Shown piece after piece: positions 60,632-64,000 of a stretch of 64,000 nt of DNA (its first letter is position 1; each line of letters begins with the position of its first letter). Source of the DNA: Macrostomum lignano (lineage: Eukaryota); NCBI GenBank assembly GCA_002269645.1, contig NIVC01003031.1, forward strand, positions 60,347 to 124,346, in the 5' to 3' direction. The position numbers and the translations under genes were made by a program. The notes beneath the pieces are model-generated. The model had not been told where the DNA came from. It saw only the letters and a program-made list of their open reading frames with translations, and made no database searches.

Positions 60632-61436
60632 ATGCCTCAGATGCTCATTGATGCAACGCTACAATAGTCTCAAAGGACGTGTGCGCGTGTACATGTAATG
60701 TAGAGTAGACCAATCGAACACATGGATCAGGCCAGCTCAGTCAGTGAGTCTGCATGCTTCATGTAGTGTCAATGTACCCTAATGCTCATGGATGCAGATG
60801 TACATGTACATGTAAATGATGCTATAAGAGCCGCATCGAGCCTATCAAAACCTACAGTATATGTACGTGCACTGTGCTTTATTGTAGGTGTAATTAATGC
60901 ACGTATTGTATTGTACAATACATTTTGCACTAGTCGTTGAGTTCGCGTCCTGGAAAGGCAGCCACTATATGTAGCTAGCACATGTGCAGTGCATAAAGCT
61001 TCCTTATATAGGATCAATTAGTCTTGCAAAGAACTGAGGACAGCGAAATATCTAGACAATGTCGAATGAATGTACAAATAAATGCAAGGAACGACAGGAG
61101 TTGCATGCGGACGTCCGTTGTGTGCACATGTAAGCAATTACATTGAAACCATTCAGAATAGATTCTGTACTTTCATTGGTGACTCCCAGTCCTAACGATC
61201 CCTTCTCTCTACGCACTTGCATTGGCACCTATAAAGTACACTAAAACATTTCACCTTATCTTTCAATGATTGCATAGCGCTGGGCGTGATAAAGTTTTGT
61301 ACGAATAAGCTATTGATAATAGTCCCTCCCGAATTTCAATCCATTTTCTAACATTCGAAGAAACATCTGAAGATAGATGTACGCTCGTACATGTTTTCTT
61401 TGTCTTGCTATGCTAAAAACTGGCACAATGAGGCAC

Positions 61437-62739
61437 TTTGAAAAAAGAAAGTAAAGAACTCAGAGAATCCAATTTAACAAAATTTCCACAAGACTTAGCA
61501 ACAGTCGCAAAAACGAGAGTTCACGAAGAGAATACCTACAAGCCAATTTATGCTTTATTTTAACTAAAATATAAAATGCAGGTATTGCAAACTCAGCCAC
61601 ATTGTTAGAGCGATAAGACAGTCGTTTGGTCAGACCTTTCCCCACTCTGGCGCCACCTTCCCGCTCTCCGGCGCCACTTTTCCGCTCTCCACCGCAGCCT
61701 TCCTGTTCTCTACCACCACATTCCCGCTCTCTACCACCACCTTCCCGCTCTCTACCACCACCTTCCCGCTCTCTACCGCCACCTTCCCGCTCTCCGCCGC
61801 CACCTTCCCACTCAATGCCACCACCTTCCCGCTCTCCGGCGCCACCTTCCGTTCTCTACTGCCACCTTCCCGTTCTCTACCACCACCTTCCCGCTCTCTA
61901 CCACCACCTTCCCGCTCTCTACCGCCACCTTCCCGCTCTCCGGCGCCACCTTCCCGCTCTCTACCGCCACCTTCCCGCCCTCTACGCCACCTTCCGCTCT
62001 CCGGCGCCACCTTCCCGCTCTCTACCGCCACCTTCCGCCCTCTACTGCCACCTTCCCGCTCTCTACTGCCACCTTCCCGTTCTCTACCACCACCTTCCCG
62101 CTCTCTACCACCACCTTCCGCTCTCTCACCACCTTCCCGCTCTCTACCGCCACCTTCCCGCTCTCCGCCGCCACCTTCCCACTCAATGCCACCACCTTCC
62201 CGCTCTCCGGCGCCACCTTCCGTTCTCTACCGCCACCTTCCCGCTCTCCGGCGCCACACTCCCGCTCTCTGCTGCCACCTTCTCCCGCCCTCCCCACCTC
62301 TGCCAAAATTAGATATGGCTTGTCAGTGCATGGCTTTTCTGTTGCGGCTATTGGTGACTTGTGAAACCTCACTAACGGTGATTGGAAGTACTACTGCATG
62401 CATATGGGCATGCAGTCAATACATGAGCAAGCTTACAAGTTATGGCTTAAAGTAGAACAAGAGTAAGAGTTACAGTTTAACAAAGTTAAAAATTTGACTG
62501 AAAATAGAGCTAAACCGAACTGTCAATGATACGAGTTTCCATTTGCTGAGAGTTCAATACAAAATACTTTCAACGACCGTTCCATCCTGAGCTAACTTTG
62601 ATACGACCACCGAATTGCTGAAGGGTATGGTACGCTTTGCACCGACTGCATTGTTGTTCGAGGCGGCTGCTTAAGCGGAGACAGCGGCAGTCCCGGCCGT
62701 GGCGTTTACACCTGATGTCAGCGCTTCAGCGCTCACGGT
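61437..62739 (-). repeat. Right arm of the long inverted repeat (21-bp array expanded, 61640-62290)
   Basis: Same minus/plus-strand ORF start MRFHKSPIAATEKPCTDK at 62372 and 54054. Confidence 0.92.
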
Positions 62740-64000
62740 TTTATCATCGGCTATGACTTGTAGATTGACAGCTAAAAGACACAAGTTAGTAGGTTAAGTT
62801 CAGAGCCCTTCTGACACCCGATTTCCAAAGAGCTGGTTTGGAAAGCCATGCGCTCACGTACTGGTGGCGGCAGATTAGCCTTATCTCCGGGTTAGTTGAT
62901 TTCTGCTGTTCAAAGTTTCCTGCTTATCTCTCGCTATGTTCTTTTAAGCTATATACATTTAGGACGTAGCTGTTCGCCACATATCTTTGCTATACCTTGG
63001 GGCTGACCATGTATCTGACATGCTGTACGTAGCTTGGGAGGCCAGCTAGCATTATTAATGATAGATTTCTTTGCTCTAAGGTCTGACCAGCATCCGATTA
63101 AAGAAAGCCGAATCAATCGATATATTCCTCATTTCCCTTTTTGAATGACTCTTTTTGAATGATTGTTGTATGTGACACATTCGCCTCTTTAATGTACATG
63201 TTAGAAGTAGCGATCTAGTAGGACACATGTATACTGTATTAGATGCATGCATAAGATTTAAAGTAAGGATCACTGGTATAAGTACATAATAAAACCATTC
63301 ATTTTTTAACTACCTGTAATAGTCCAGTGGCCTGTCTAAGTGTAAAGTCGTGCAGACCGGCATGCAGCCAATATTATTTGCAGCAGCGTATCTGATACAC
63401 AGAGGGAATTATTTGAGTAGAGAACAGTGGATTAAGCATTAAAAATCACTCGGAAACCCGTATTGAGTGTTAAACACTCAATAGATAAGATGTATAGCCT
63501 TCAGCGATCCGGCCTACAGCGGAAGGCAATCTTGCTTGCAACTTCATGTAAATATAGAATGGCTTTACGACACCTTTTTTAATACATGTACATAGACTGG
63601 CTAGAATTCTTCAGTTTGCTTCAAACAGGGTCTAGTCTGCGTGACATGTGTAGGCCACGCCGCGGCTCACTCCAATTATAGGTACATCTAAATGTATTGC
63701 ATAAAAACATAGCGATCAATCGTAAAGACTTCATTTTCTGGTCCAAGCTGCGCTCACCTAGCTGATCTGGACCCCGTTCAGATATAATAAGCACACAATT
63801 TTTAACACTGCACTGGTACAAACATGTAGATGTATACACTTTCTTGTACATCGTTGTACATTGTACATATGATAAACATCACCAGGTACATATATGTAGG
63901 ATGTAGCGCTATGATACCGCAAATCCCATGTTAGAATAGTTCGTAGATACAACAATTCATATATCCGTGAGCAACTCCAACTTGGACTACCCAGCATGCA

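Noticed and set aside
53686-62740. Transib/RSS-like element (left end CACCGTG)
   Set aside because: The right end reads CACGGTT, there is no 5-bp TSD and there is no transposase.

Overview
Repeat-dense animal (metazoan) genomic DNA with no host gene I can support; the host species cannot be determined. (1) 3269-21349 is an ~18-kb AT-rich Polinton/Maverick (adintovirus-like) element. It carries protein-primed PolB, an adenain-like protease, single- and double-jelly-roll capsid proteins, an A32/FtsK packaging ATPase, a lectin-tipped fibre, a pX-like core precursor, an HNH nuclease and an intact phospholipase A2-integrase fusion ORF. Most core genes carry nonsense or frameshift lesions, and the right terminus is truncated. 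(2) 23351-~50400 is a head-to-tail train of at least 11 non-autonomous Helitron-type units on the minus strand. The long units carry different internal satellite arrays (18, 23, 24, 30 bp) and tRNA-like segments; the first also holds a nested, internally deleted MULE and a MITE. (3) 53687-62739 is a ~9-kb region bounded by long inverted arms, with a more diverged inner inverted pair, a full-length RTE-type LINE with a 10-bp TSD, and two RNase H-type LINE fragments. The most interesting observations are the PLA2-integrase polyprotein, two 28-nt double-hairpin in-frame inserts in the polymerase, the Helitron/tRNA-like/satellite train, a self-folding Polinton terminus, and a uniform T-A(4-7)-TG start motif. 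Family assignments come from motif recognition by eye; no database searches were run.
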